64,000 nt of DNA from Parcubacteria group bacterium (GTDB lineage: Bacteria > Patescibacteriota > Minisyncoccia > Moranbacterales > UBA9337), in the NCBI GenBank assembly GCA_041662245.1, contig JBAZSW010000006.1:10442-74441 (forward strand), in the 5' to 3' direction. Under the pieces are notes generated by a model. The model was not told the origin of the DNA, made no database searches, and saw only the letters and a program-made list of their open reading frames with translations. The position numbers were made by a program, and so were the translations under genes. Shown here in pieces: positions 1 through 10,636 of the stretch. Numbering within the stretch: the first letter of the stretch is position 1; the number at the start of each line of letters is the position of its first letter.

Positions 1-318
1 TAAAGCCAAAACCATCTCGGACAGCAAAAACCCATAAAAACCATAAGATAATGAATACAAAAAAAATCCCAATGTTGAAAAAATCCCTCCCAAAATAATG
101 GAAATCTTTCTCCCATATCTGTCTGCAAAATTACCCGTAGGAAGATCTAAAAAAATACTTGCTACAGAAAATAAAGATTGAAGGATAATTGCTTCCTTAA
201 GATTAACTCCATTTTCGGCAAAAAATAAAATGATAATGGAAATGCTAAACATCCCACTTCTAATTGCTCGAATAATGCAAATCTTTTTAAAGTTTAATTG
301 AGCATCGTGTTGTTTCAT
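1..318 (-). CDS. MFS transporter, N-terminal part (runs off the window edge)
   Basis: Not in the ORF track. Hand translation MKQHDAQLNFKKICIIRAIRSGMFSISIIILFF...DLPTGNFADRYGRK shows MFS motif A (GxxaDRxGRK). SD AAGGAG upstream. Confidence 0.85.
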   Translation of the reverse strand, partial: MKQHDAQLNFKKICIIRAIRSGMFSISIIILFFAENGVNLKEAIILQSLFSVASIFLDLPTGNFADRYGRKISIILGGIFSTLGFFLYSLSYGFYGFLLSEMVLAL

Positions 319-369
319 TTTATTCTCCTTCTTAGTTAAATTAAATTTTATAAAAGAACTCTTCATGCT

Positions 370-404
370 AAATAAAAAACTCGGTTTTTATTTAACCGAG
401 TTTT
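370..404 (-). terminator. Intrinsic terminator inside the MFS leader (putative attenuator)
   Basis: AAAACTCGGTT/AACCGAGTTTT stem followed by a U-tract on the minus strand, ~50 nt before the MFS start codon. Confidence 0.65.
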
Positions 405-428
405 CCCGAAGAAGAATTTTAATATCTT

Positions 429-566
429 TTATGACTTTTTATATAAAAAATTATTCCGGCAAACACAGTTAAACAAAAAATTTCTGTCCATTGGATAAGC
501 AAAAACCACGCCATTGGCACAAATGGATTTTTTTGCTGTATTCAACTGTGTTCTATGCTGTTGCAT
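429..566 (-). CDS. Putative 45-aa leader peptide (uORF)
   Basis: MQQHRTQLNTAKKSICANGVVFAYPMDRNFLFNCVCRNNFLYKKS*, located between a promoter and the terminator. Confidence 0.4.
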   Translation of the reverse strand: MQQHRTQLNTAKKSICANGVVFAYPMDRNFLFNCVCRNNFLYKKS

Positions 567-595
567 AAAATATTTTTAAAATTTATTACACCTCT

Positions 596-624
596 TTAAT
601 AACATTTATTTAAAATTTTGTCAA
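596..624 (-). promoter_or_regulatory. Sigma70 promoter of the MFS leader
   Basis: TTGACA-17 bp-TATTAA. Confidence 0.6.
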
Positions 625-691
625 ATAAAAATTTATCTGTAGCAAAGAATTTTTTAAATACTGAGTGCCTTATACTATTTGTTTATATTTT

Positions 692-2425
692 CTAAACTTG
701 GATATTTTGCAATTCGCTTAATTTTTTGTATACTCCACCGTGATTTATAAGTTTCTGGTGATCGCCTGATTCCACTATTTTCCCGCCTTCAATTACCAAA
801 ATTAAATCCGCTCTACAAATAGTGCTCAAGCGATGAGCAATCACAAAGGTAGTTCTATTTTTCATTACTTCTTCCAAAGCACTCTGCACATATTTTTCCG
901 ATTCGCTATCTAAAGCACTAGTAGCTTCATCTAAAATTAAAATCTTAGGATTTCGTAAAATTGCTCGAGCGATAGCGACTCTTTGTTTTTGTCCAGTAGA
1001 TAATCGTACTCCTTTTTCTCCTACTATTTGCTCATACTTATCGGGAAATTTACTTATAAAATTATGACAATTGGCTAATTTTGAAGCTCGAATAATCTCT
1101 TCTTCTGTTGCTTCTAATTTAGAATAAGCAATATTATTTTTTATTGAATCATTAAAAAGATCAACTTCTTGAGGCACAATAGCAATATTGTCTCGCAAAT
1201 CTTTTAATTTTATCTTTTTTGTGTCTATCCCATCAAATAAAATGTGTCCTTTTTGAGGGATATTATAAAGAGAAATAAGATCTACTAAAGTTGATTTCCC
1301 TTCTCCACTTTTGCCAATAATTGCTACCATTTTTCCGGCAGATACTTTAAAATTTATATTTTCCAAAATAATTTCTTTTTCGTAAGAAAAACCTATATTT
1401 TTAAATTCAATATCTCCTTTGGTATTTTTTAATTGAATTGCATCTGGCGCATCATAAATCTCAGTAACCTCATTAAATATCTTTTCTGATCTTTTAATTG
1501 TCGCCAATCCTTCTTGCAATTTTTTATAATGACCACCTAACATATTTATTGCTCCAGAAACAAAGTTAATATAAGCGATTAACATCACAAATTGACCAAT
1601 GGTTATATTATTTTTACTTACCAAATAAATTCCTGTTCCGAATAAAGCAATAATAGAGAAAGTTGAAATAAGATTTTGCCAAAAATATAAGTTCATCCAC
1701 ATTATCACTCTTTGCTGGCTGATATTAAGACCCCTATTTATCGATTCTCTATTTTTTATATCCTCAAATTCTTCTCTAGAATTTGATTTAATGTTGATTA
1801 TATTAGGTGTTCGATCAAAGATATTTCCATAATATTGTTCAAAAAATTTATTTATCTTTCTTTGATAAGTGATGACGGGATTGGTCTTTTTAATGGTAAC
1901 AATCACATAAAAAATTATAAAAATAATATAAATAATAGCTAGAATCCAATTAATCCAAAAAATTACCACGAAAGCTAAAAAGGACGTTATTAAATATGGC
2001 ACGATACTAAACAGGGCATAATCAATAATGTCATGCAAATAATCATCTGCTCTGGAAAATTTTTGAATCACCTCTCCAATTTTTCTTTTTTTATGGAAAG
2101 AAAGAGGCAGACGCATTAAATGCTTTATAGAATCATTCATCAAGCCAGTGGAAGCTCTATAGCCTAATTTATTGGAAAGAATTACTCTTCCTCGCATAAA
2201 TAATCCTCCACCTATTTGGAGTACCGCCCATATTAAAAGTAATAAATAAACAGATTTTTCAAAAAATCCACCTCGAGAAACAGTATCTACCACTCGACTA
2301 TAAACCAACGGTAAAAACAAATAGGTACTGTTTTCTAAAATAACAAAAACAAATGTTGTCCAAACATCTTTTTTATAAGGTTTTAAATATTTTGTTAGTG
2401 GTCGCAAATCGCTCTTTCTAATCAT
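692..2425 (-). CDS. ABC exporter, fused TMD-NBD (MsbA/MdlB-like)
   Basis: About 6 TM helices, Walker A GKSGEGKST, signature LSTGQKQR, Walker B ILILDEATS, H-loop IAHRLST. Confidence 0.92.
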   Translation of the reverse strand: MIRKSDLRPLTKYLKPYKKDVWTTFVFVILENSTYLFLPLVYSRVVDTVSRGGFFEKSVYLLLLIWAVLQIGGGLFMRGRVILSNKLGYRASTGLMNDSIKHLMRLPLSFHKKRKIGEVIQKFSRADDYLHDIIDYALFSIVPYLITSFLAFVVIFWINWILAIIYIIFIIFYVIVTIKKTNPVITYQRKINKFFEQYYGNIFDRTPNIINIKSNSREEFEDIKNRESINRGLNISQQRVIMWMNLYFWQNLISTFSIIALFGTGIYLVSKNNITIGQFVMLIAYINFVSGAINMLGGHYKKLQEGLATIKRSEKIFNEVTEIYDAPDAIQLKNTKGDIEFKNIGFSYEKEIILENINFKVSAGKMVAIIGKSGEGKSTLVDLISLYNIPQKGHILFDGIDTKKIKLKDLRDNIAIVPQEVDLFNDSIKNNIAYSKLEATEEEIIRASKLANCHNFISKFPDKYEQIVGEKGVRLSTGQKQRVAIARAILRNPKILILDEATSALDSESEKYVQSALEEVMKNRTTFVIAHRLSTICRADLILVIEGGKIVESGDHQKLINHGGVYKKLSELQNIQV

Positions 2426-2598
2426 GTAATCATAACTATTATTTCACTCTTTACTTTATCACAAAAAGAACGTTATACAAAATACCATAATCAGACGACC
2501 GCATTTGAATAGTATAGAGTAATAAAAAAATATATAAATAGGAGGTAAAAAATTATAAAACAGGAACGACGATTTCGTCTTTCCTGTTTTCAAAGCAT

Positions 2599-3021
2599 TT
2601 ACAATAGTGCTACAATCGTTATTTTTTCTCTTCCGAGAGTCACTGCAATTTTGCATGCTTCCTCCCCTTCTCCCGTAAAAACATCGATTTTCCTCCCCTT
2701 TATTTTTTTACCAGTATCTCTGGCAACACCAATTCCATAACCCGGAATAATTAGCACTGTCCCAAAGGGGATAATCCTAGGATCAACTGCAACAGTGCCT
2801 ATGCTGGGAGTAGTTTTTGATTTAGTAATTTTACCTAAACCATTCATCTCCACATCTTTTCTGTAACTACCTCTGGCAAATTTTTTTTGTTTTTCCAGGG
2901 GCTTATAATAAGCCGTACGAACAACTTTTATTTGCTCAATTTTACCAAGCTCCGCTGCTTCGCTAAGCATGCTAAAACTTAATAACAAAAAACAAGCCAT
3001 CACAATTACAATTAATCTCAA
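2599..3021 (-). CDS. Secreted 3D-domain protein
   Basis: Signal peptide; VAVDPRIIPFGT...ARDTG...IKGRKIDVF with the three Asp residues; TTG start with SD AGGAGG. Confidence 0.85.
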   Translation of the reverse strand: MRLIVIVMACFLLLSFSMLSEAAELGKIEQIKVVRTAYYKPLEKQKKFARGSYRKDVEMNGLGKITKSKTTPSIGTVAVDPRIIPFGTVLIIPGYGIGVARDTGKKIKGRKIDVFTGEGEEACKIAVTLGREKITIVALL

Positions 3022-3201
3022 AACAATCCTCCTTTTTATTTTTTTGCAAATAAAAAAACTGGCTCTAATTTATTTAGTTTTCCAGTACTTATAGTGTAAC
3101 ATAAAATAATGTACACTCCCTACCCAATTGATACGTATGAAAAATAATTTTCTTTCAAATACACGCTATGTTATATATTAAATAATTTTAATAATAAATT
3201 A

Positions 3202-3798
3202 TTATTTATCTTTTAAAGTTAAACATTCAAAAGCTTCATGCTCATTAAACTTTTTATTCCATTCCTCAGGACTTCCATAATCAGCAAAATCCTTATACCA
3301 CCCATGAGCTACATTCATCTTGCTGGCAGCCTTAATTGGACACCAATATCTTTCCGTACGGGCTCCGATTTCCACTGCATAAGCGAAAAGCCCATTTACA
3401 TAACTACAATATAAACAATGAACTTTTTGAATAATATTTAAATAATCCAAAAATCTTCTATCATAAACGATAAAATCTTTACGTTTAACCTTGGGAATTT
3501 TATATAATGGAAATGCTGCTGCTTGATACACCGTTATGAAAATATCCAAAATAACCACCGGAAAAATCATAGAATAAATAAAAGGCAAGGAAAATGCATG
3601 TCTAATATTTTTAGGAACAGCATATTTCCAAGCTGGAATACGAAAAGTTCTATTTCTTTCTTTTATTTTTTTTAGAAATATTATTTTTTTCTGAGAAATA
3701 TAGAATCCATATTTTTTAGCTAACCTAGATTGTTCCTTGCGAAGAGCAACATTAAGAGCTTCAATTTTTTCGAGAATTTTTCTAATCTTTGATTCCAT
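3202..3798 (-). CDS. Conserved hypothetical membrane protein with Cys cluster
   Basis: 198 aa, one hydrophobic segment, HCLYCSY and YWCPIK motifs. Confidence 0.7.
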   Translation of the reverse strand: MESKIRKILEKIEALNVALRKEQSRLAKKYGFYISQKKIIFLKKIKERNRTFRIPAWKYAVPKNIRHAFSLPFIYSMIFPVVILDIFITVYQAAAFPLYKIPKVKRKDFIVYDRRFLDYLNIIQKVHCLYCSYVNGLFAYAVEIGARTERYWCPIKAASKMNVAHGWYKDFADYGSPEEWNKKFNEHEAFECLTLKDK

Positions 3799-3855
3799 AG
3801 TAAAACTTTATATAATTTAAAAACAAATTTATTGTACCTTAAATAAAAAATTTAA

Positions 3856-5043
3856 TTAGTCGCTATTTTTTTCAATATGCGCAACACGGTAAGTTCCGTC
3901 CGCTTTTAAATAATTAACATTGATGGTAATTTTATTTTCTTTTACTGTTATTTCTGCAAAAGCTCCCTGATACTTAGGATTTTTGCCTATTCCAGGAAGA
4001 TCAATATAGTCCACGCCATTAATTTCTTTATAATATAAGTCTTCAATGTGTCCTGCAAAAACAGCCCTAACACCATATTGAGAAAAAATATTTTGTAAAT
4101 CCCGAGCATTAGATAAAAAATCTACATTCAAATCTATGTCGTCATCTAGCAATGGAGGATGATGCATAAAAACGATAACTTTTTTATTTGTATCTTTAAT
4201 CTCATCCTTTAACCATTCCAATTCTTTTTCTGAAACTTTTCCTTGAGTATAACTATTGCCGGCACGCACGTCACTGTCATCTTTTCTGAAATTACTATCT
4301 AAAATTATTATTTTATAATTTCCCACCTCAAAAGATTTATATAAATAATCAATTCCCAAAACCTTCACCCATTGCGCTTTAGTAATCGAACGCAAATCAT
4401 GATTGCCTATTGCCCAATATTTTTCGATTACAGTTCTATCTAATATTTTTTTAACCAAAGATAATTCTTCACTCCCTTGCGTTGAATTAATTCTAGTTCC
4501 TTCAATCATATCTCCGTCTAATAAAATAAAGTTGGGAATAAAAACATTGTTCATTTTTTCGACAAAATAATTCAACTTTTTAGCATAAGATTCTTTTAAA
4601 TATCTACCATTTCCTCCATAGGTAGTACTCATTGCATGTAAATCAGTAGCAAAGCCAATTTTTAATTCATCCGAATTATTTATTTGCTTTTCTGGCTCAG
4701 GAAGAGGCGGAAATTTATCCTGAGAAACATTTTTGTCTGTTTCTGCATTATCAGAAACTTCCTTATTTACATCCAATTGTTCGGCATCGACTTCTAATAT
4801 TTCTTCCTCTGTAGCATCTTCAATTTCATTAGCAGTTGTTTGATTTTGGGATTCTTCAATTATTTCGACTTCCAGTTCCTCCTCTGGTTCAATTTCTTCT
4901 GTTTTTGAGGAGGACGTGTTTTCTCTTATTACTTTATCATATTTAAAAATACCCCAAAAAACTATTCCATAAATAAGAAAAATACCAAAAAAAATAACAA
5001 AATAGATAGCTATTTTTAAATACAACTTTTTTGTTTTTAACAT
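3856..5043 (-). CDS. Membrane-anchored calcineurin-like metallophosphoesterase
   Basis: N-terminal TM, acidic linker, motifs TDLH, GD, GNHD, MHHP, AGH. Confidence 0.88.
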   Translation of the reverse strand: MLKTKKLYLKIAIYFVIFFGIFLIYGIVFWGIFKYDKVIRENTSSSKTEEIEPEEELEVEIIEESQNQTTANEIEDATEEEILEVDAEQLDVNKEVSDNAETDKNVSQDKFPPLPEPEKQINNSDELKIGFATDLHAMSTTYGGNGRYLKESYAKKLNYFVEKMNNVFIPNFILLDGDMIEGTRINSTQGSEELSLVKKILDRTVIEKYWAIGNHDLRSITKAQWVKVLGIDYLYKSFEVGNYKIIILDSNFRKDDSDVRAGNSYTQGKVSEKELEWLKDEIKDTNKKVIVFMHHPPLLDDDIDLNVDFLSNARDLQNIFSQYGVRAVFAGHIEDLYYKEINGVDYIDLPGIGKNPKYQGAFAEITVKENKITINVNYLKADGTYRVAHIEKNSD

Positions 5044-5228
5044 ATATGATCAAAGACTTACTCTGTTAATTTAGCCTCTTTGTAATTCTACTATAACACA
5101 CTATTATGCCTCAAATCAAAAAAACTCTTCATATTTCTACATTCTTTCAAAATTATAAGTTTTAATATATACTTTAGAAAAGATTTCCTGAAGTTCCTTT
5201 TATAAATCCTATACTAACGAGGTAAATA

Positions 5229-5639
5229 ATGGCCAAAAAAAGAACCTATTCAACAGTTCTCAATGAGATACTTATTGATCTAAAAAACGTCCACGACTAC
5301 CAGTGGAAGGAGCTTTTTTCTCTTTCAAAGGGATTTCATCATTTTAGTGAAGGTCTTGTCTTTGCTCGCGGAGACTACCCAAGATGGGAAAAGAAATTTT
5401 TTGAAAAAATGGTTGAAACTGCAACCATACCATCTCACTGGCTTTCTATCGCTCATTCTGCCGAAAGATATTCCCCCGAATGGAACAACGCAGTAGACAA
5501 GCTTCTACAAGACGCGCGGGTAATGAATATTGCCAATCGATGGATTAATATCAGATTAATTTTGCCCCCAAATCACGCCTGTATGAAAGAAGTTCGATCT
5601 AAAATTTCTGATTTGAGAAATGCGCGTAAAAAAGGCTAA
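5229..5639 (+). CDS. Hypothetical protein
   Basis: 136-aa ORF with SD GAGGT and a downstream hairpin terminator (~5654-5694). Confidence 0.7.
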   Translation: MAKKRTYSTVLNEILIDLKNVHDYQWKELFSLSKGFHHFSEGLVFARGDYPRWEKKFFEKMVETATIPSHWLSIAHSAERYSPEWNNAVDKLLQDARVMNIANRWINIRLILPPNHACMKEVRSKISDLRNARKKG

Positions 5640-5725
5640 ATTATCCTATCAAACCAATCCTGAACTCAAAAATTAAGTTCAGGATTGATTTTTTGTAAAA
5701 GATTTAATGTGTAAGTTTAAAATTT

Positions 5726-6010
5726 CTAATATTGAGAATCTATGCGAGGAAATATTTGTAACACCAAATACCCCGCTAAGACATAAACTACAAGTGCAAT
5801 CAGGGTAGCAAAATCAATTACAAACCCTCCTAAATCTAGACTTGGCAAAATCCCCACAAAGGGTTTCACTAGTGAAGTTGTAGCATTATAAATCCAAGCC
5901 ACAAAAGGAGTGTGTGTATTAACCGCAAAAAATTTAAAGATAAAACGAAGCGACAGCAAAAGCTCCACAATTGATACTAAAACACTTATTAATGTTCGTG
6001 CAATTCCCAT
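5726..6010 (-). CDS. YggT-family membrane protein
   Basis: LLLSLRFIFK...FVAWIYNAT..LVKPFVGI...IDFATLIALVVY pattern. Confidence 0.8.
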   Translation of the reverse strand: MGIARTLISVLVSIVELLLSLRFIFKFFAVNTHTPFVAWIYNATTSLVKPFVGILPSLDLGGFVIDFATLIALVVYVLAGYLVLQIFPRIDSQY

Positions 6011-6096
6011 AAATTTAAATTAAATTGTTAATTAACGTTATTATAGCATTAAACTAGCCCCGTGCCTATCTATTTTACTATATAATATGCTTTTTA

Positions 6097-8658
6097 TTAA
6101 TAAAATTTAAATTTAAATAACTTCAATATCTCAAACCACAATAAACTTGCCACTGAAACTACACTAATTAATAACAATTCTCCGATACTAACTGGAGCCA
6201 TATGAAACAAATTAGAAAAGAAAGGCACATATAAAACAATAAAAAGACAAATAATTGCTCCACCTATGACAAAAAGCAATGCCTTATTTCTAGTCAAAAT
6301 AGTTCTGTACATTGTTTTGTGCCAAGAAAGATTAACTACTATTAAAATAAGATTTGATAAAACAAGTGAAACAAAGGCAAATGAACGAACAGCTTCTTCG
6401 CTTCTATTTGTTTTAATCGCATAAAAAAATAATAAAAAAGTTGTTAATAAAATTCCAAGTCCTTGTAATAAGCTTACCCCAACGGTTCTTTTGTTAAAAA
6501 TGGAATCGTTGACATCTCTTGGTGGTCGATGCATCGTGCTTGATGATTCTTTTTCGGATTCAAAAACTGTCGAGCAAGCAGGATCAATTATTAATTCCAA
6601 AAAAGCAATATGCGCTGGCAAAAGTACCACCGGAAAATTAAAAAATAATGGCAAAAGCGCTACTCCAGCAATTGGAATATGTACAGCCAAAATATAACCC
6701 GAAGCTTTTTTTAAATTAGCATAGATACGTCGTCCCAAACGAACTGCATCCACAATAGAAGAAAAATCATCATTTAAAAGAACTAACGCCGAAGCTTCGC
6801 GGGCTACATCTGTACCCCGTTGCCCCATCGCAATCCCGATATCAGCAGCTTTAAGTGCTGGAGCGTCATTAACTCCATCACCTGTCATTGCCACTATTTC
6901 ATTATTCGATTTAAGTGCATCAATAATTTGTAGTTTTTGTTCCGGCGCCACTCGCGCAAAAATGTTTGTTTTTGTTATTCTTTCTTTGAGCTCATACGGA
7001 TGCATCTTGCTCATTTCATCACCCAAGATAAATAATTCTGGATTTTTAATACCAATTTTTTTAGCAATAAATTGAGCAGTTCCGGGATAATCTCCGGTTA
7101 TCATAATCACCCTAATGCCCGCTTGGTAGGCTTGCGCGATTGCTCCTGAAGCTGTATTTCTCGGCAAGTCAACAAAACCAAAAAATCCAGCAAATTTAAA
7201 ATCAAAGTCGTGCTGATTATTTGGCAATTCACTCTTGGAAAAATTAGCCTTTGCTGCTCCCAATACTCTTAAACCTCTACCAGACATATCATTTACAACT
7301 TTCAACAATTTCTTTTTTTCTTCTTCGGTAATATGACATAAATCCAAAATTGCCTCTGGTGTTCCTTTAGAAGCTATCAAATAATTATTATTTTTTGTTT
7401 TCCAAACATGCGACAGGGCAATTAATTCTTTTGACAAAGGATATTCTTTGATTAGAAATGAATCATCTAATGTTTCTTTTTTATTAATTAAACATCTAGC
7501 GCAAGACTTTTTAAGTTCTTTTTCAATAGGATCAAATGGATCTTGCTGACTGGAAAGTAATCCTATCTCAAGCAAATTGATAAATTTTAATGGCAAATCA
7601 TTATTTTTTGTATTTTTTATTTCGAAAAATTCTTCCTTAGAATAAAGAATATCCAATTTCATTTTATTTACAGTAAGTGTCCCAGTTTTATCAGTACAAA
7701 GAACTGTTGCAGCACCCAACGTTTCAATAGCAGCGGAACGTCTAGTTAAAACCATTTTTTTTGAGATACGCCAAGCTCCTAATGTAAAAAAGATTATTAA
7801 AACCACGGGAAATTCTTCGGGAAGCATCGACATACTTAAAGCTAATCCCGCCAAAAAACCTTCCAAAAAATTGCCTCTTGCAAAATAATAAACAAGAACG
7901 AAAGCGATACAAACAATGATACCAAACGCTCCCATCCAACGTGCCACCTTGGAAATTTCTTTACTCAAACGAGTGTCTTCGCTAGTGATTGATTCTAAGC
8001 TTTTGCCGATTTTCCCAATTTTTGTATTAATTCCCGTAAATAAAACCTTTGCAACGCCTCGGCCACTGACCACCAAAGAACCTGCATACACGAGAGAAAC
8101 ATTCGTAGCGCCTATTTTAATTGATTTATTGTCTTCATTTCTTTCGGATTTTCGAACAGGAACAGATTCTCCAGTCAAAAGAGATTCATCCGCATATAAA
8201 TTTTCACAATTTAAAATTAATGCATCAGCAGCAATGCGGTCACCTTCTCTTATTATCATGATATCCCCACGTACCACTTCGCGACCGGAAATTCTTTTTT
8301 GGTCACCATCTCTTATAACTAAAGCCCTAGGACTGGAAAGATTACGCAAGGCATCCAATGTTTTTTCGGTTTTATGCTCTTGATAAAAAGTTATTCCAAT
8401 AACCACAATAATGAAAGAAATAAGTATCAAAGCGTCTTGCAATTCTCCTATCAAAAAGTAAATTGATCCCGCCGTAACTAGAATGAGTAGCATAGGTTCC
8501 TTAATGACACCTAAAAATATTGAAAAAGCACTCTGTTTTTTTTGTGAAGGAAGTTCATTAAATCCTTCTCGCGCAATAATTTTTTTAGCTTGTTTTTCCG
8601 TGACTCCGCTGTATTCGATTTTGTCCTTCACTGGTTTCATAAAAAAATGTTTTATCAA
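6097..8658 (-). CDS. Cation-transporting P-type ATPase (type II, Ca2+-like)
   Basis: DESLLTGES, PEEFP, DKTGTLT, MITGD, MTGDGVNDAPAL. Confidence 0.95.
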   Translation of the reverse strand: MIKHFFMKPVKDKIEYSGVTEKQAKKIIAREGFNELPSQKKQSAFSIFLGVIKEPMLLILVTAGSIYFLIGELQDALILISFIIVVIGITFYQEHKTEKTLDALRNLSSPRALVIRDGDQKRISGREVVRGDIMIIREGDRIAADALILNCENLYADESLLTGESVPVRKSERNEDNKSIKIGATNVSLVYAGSLVVSGRGVAKVLFTGINTKIGKIGKSLESITSEDTRLSKEISKVARWMGAFGIIVCIAFVLVYYFARGNFLEGFLAGLALSMSMLPEEFPVVLIIFFTLGAWRISKKMVLTRRSAAIETLGAATVLCTDKTGTLTVNKMKLDILYSKEEFFEIKNTKNNDLPLKFINLLEIGLLSSQQDPFDPIEKELKKSCARCLINKKETLDDSFLIKEYPLSKELIALSHVWKTKNNNYLIASKGTPEAILDLCHITEEEKKKLLKVVNDMSGRGLRVLGAAKANFSKSELPNNQHDFDFKFAGFFGFVDLPRNTASGAIAQAYQAGIRVIMITGDYPGTAQFIAKKIGIKNPELFILGDEMSKMHPYELKERITKTNIFARVAPEQKLQIIDALKSNNEIVAMTGDGVNDAPALKAADIGIAMGQRGTDVAREASALVLLNDDFSSIVDAVRLGRRIYANLKKASGYILAVHIPIAGVALLPLFFNFPVVLLPAHIAFLELIIDPACSTVFESEKESSSTMHRPPRDVNDSIFNKRTVGVSLLQGLGILLTTFLLFFYAIKTNRSEEAVRSFAFVSLVLSNLILIVVNLSWHKTMYRTILTRNKALLFVIGGAIICLFIVLYVPFFSNLFHMAPVSIGELLLISVVSVASLLWFEILKLFKFKFY

Positions 8659-8816
8659 AAATAAACTCTAACTATTTTCATTATACATTATTTTTTTCTC
8701 TTAATATATAATATTAAATTTTTAACTACCCCAGAAAAATAAAAACATAAAAGAGGCATTGGCCAGCCTCTTTTATGATCTATTTTTCAACAATGATGTA
8801 TTGATAATTCGGATTA

Positions 8817-9131
8817 TTATTCCAATGCTTTTTTTAAATTTTCTTGAGATTGGATACCCACAAATTCTTTGGTAACTTTTCCATTTTTGAAAATTTTTAA
8901 AGCGGGGATAGACATTATGCCGTAGTTTGAAGCCATCAATCCATTTTCATCCACATTAATCTTTCCTACCCTAGCCTTTCCGTCCATTTCTTCTGCCAAA
9001 TTTTCGATAATAGGAGCCATCATTTGACATGGTCCGCACCAAGAGGCCCAAAAATCAACTAACACTGGTTTATCACTTTTTAAAACTTCTTGATCGAAAT
9101 TTTGATCAGTTAATTCTATTACTTTGCTCAT
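8817..9131 (-). CDS. trxA: Thioredoxin
   Basis: VDFWASWCGPC, 104 aa. Confidence 0.95.
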   Translation of the reverse strand: MSKVIELTDQNFDQEVLKSDKPVLVDFWASWCGPCQMMAPIIENLAEEMDGKARVGKINVDENGLMASNYGIMSIPALKIFKNGKVTKEFVGIQSQENLKKALE

Positions 9132-9148
9132 ATTTTTTTATTAATTAA

Positions 9149-10294
9149 TTATTTAATTTTTTGATTAGAAAATTCTTCCACTACTGTTTTAAAATCCTCC
9201 ATCTCAATAAATGACCCATCTGCTTTCTTTATGTCATATTTTGTCCCAATATCCTTTAATTTAGTTTTTTTATCCACTCCTTGAGGAAGATTAAGTTTTT
9301 CTTGAAACACCGACAAAGGAATTTTTGTGGTGTCTAGCAGATATTCTAGCGTATTGCTACCTCGTAGATTGGAAATATTTAACTCGCCATTGTCTCCAAT
9401 TAAATTAGAAGGAACTTTGGTTTTCCAGATAGGCGTCAACATAACCAAACCCAACATAACAAAAAATGCTATCATTATTATCCAGCTAAATGATTTCTTT
9501 GAAATTTCTTTTCCCATTGTTGTCGCCTTCAAACTACTTTGTGGACAATCCTTTATACAATTGAGACAACTAATGCAATCCGCTGAATTAACCTCTTTAG
9601 CGTTACCAATGTTTAAATTTGCAGGGCAAACTTCATCGCATATCCCGCAACTGACACAAGTCGTCTCATTTCTTTTGATTTTAAAAGGACTTATTTTTTT
9701 TAAAATTCCTAATCCTGCTCCCAATGGACAAAAATATCGACACCACCAATTTTTTGAAAATAATGAGGCAATAAGTAAGACCACTAAGATTAAATAACCC
9801 ACTACTTTTTCATCAAATTCTTCGCCTAGATGCATCAAAGCGTTAAATGGGTCATATCCTCTAAAAATCAGCTCTCCAGTTTTATATGAAAAATAAATAA
9901 TCACCAATAAAATTATATATTTTATATATCTAGCATATTTATCAACCGATTTGGGAAGCTCCACGTCTTTTTTGAACCCAATCTTTTTGCCCAAAGCGCG
10001 TATCCATTCTTGAAGCGCTCCCAACGGACAAAGATGTGAACAGAAAACTCTCCCAAACAAAAGAGTTAAGATCAAAACTATTCCCATTAGAATAAATGAA
10101 CTAGCATAAATTCTTTGCAAATATTCTCCGGTAGTGACATAAGTCAGAAGTCCCTCAAAAGCCCCAAAGGGACAATAGGCATCAATCGGCGCCGCTTTTT
10201 CAATGCCATATCTTAAGTGGCCGATAGTCAAAAAAAACACAATCCCAACAATGATAATTTGAGAAACTCTTCTTGGTGAAAAAATATTTTTCAT
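9149..10294 (-). CDS. Membrane 4Fe-4S protein (NapH/NosR-like polyferredoxin) with extra C-terminal domain
   Basis: Several TMs, FCSHLCPLG, WCRYFCPLG, two CxxCxxCxxxCP motifs. Confidence 0.88.
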   Translation of the reverse strand: MKNIFSPRRVSQIIIVGIVFFLTIGHLRYGIEKAAPIDAYCPFGAFEGLLTYVTTGEYLQRIYASSFILMGIVLILTLLFGRVFCSHLCPLGALQEWIRALGKKIGFKKDVELPKSVDKYARYIKYIILLVIIYFSYKTGELIFRGYDPFNALMHLGEEFDEKVVGYLILVVLLIASLFSKNWWCRYFCPLGAGLGILKKISPFKIKRNETTCVSCGICDEVCPANLNIGNAKEVNSADCISCLNCIKDCPQSSLKATTMGKEISKKSFSWIIMIAFFVMLGLVMLTPIWKTKVPSNLIGDNGELNISNLRGSNTLEYLLDTTKIPLSVFQEKLNLPQGVDKKTKLKDIGTKYDIKKADGSFIEMEDFKTVVEEFSNQKIK

Positions 10295-10296
10295 TT

Positions 10297-10605
10297 TTAT
10301 TTTATTAATTGATTAATAATCTTTTTATAATCTTTAATTACTTTTTTATTTAAACCGTAACGAATAAAATTACCCTCTCTTTTCTCATTTAATAATCCAA
10401 TTTTTTTAAGTTTCCCTAGATGATGCGAGGCTAGTTTTTCTGAAATACCTAAAATAGGAAAAATATCACAAACATACTTAGAGCCTCCCTGTAAAACACA
10501 GATAATTTGTAATCTGTTTTTATCCGAAATAACTCGCAAAAAAGCATAGGCTTTACTAATGCATTCTTTTTTGACAAATTTTCCATCACAACATTTAAAT
10601 TCCAT
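10297..10605 (-). CDS. ArsR/SmtB transcriptional regulator
   Basis: SDKNRLQII...SHHLGKLKKIGLL..KREG; N-terminal CC. Confidence 0.9.
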   Translation of the reverse strand: MEFKCCDGKFVKKECISKAYAFLRVISDKNRLQIICVLQGGSKYVCDIFPILGISEKLASHHLGKLKKIGLLNEKREGNFIRYGLNKKVIKDYKKIINQLIK

Positions 10606-10612
10606 AAATAAT

Positions 10613-10636
10613 CTATACTAATTTATATTAGAATAG
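10613..10636. promoter_or_regulatory. Probable ArsR operator
   Basis: CTATACTAAT-ttat-ATTAGAATAG inverted repeat between the -10 region (TTGACA at 10656-10661) and the start codon. Confidence 0.55.
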
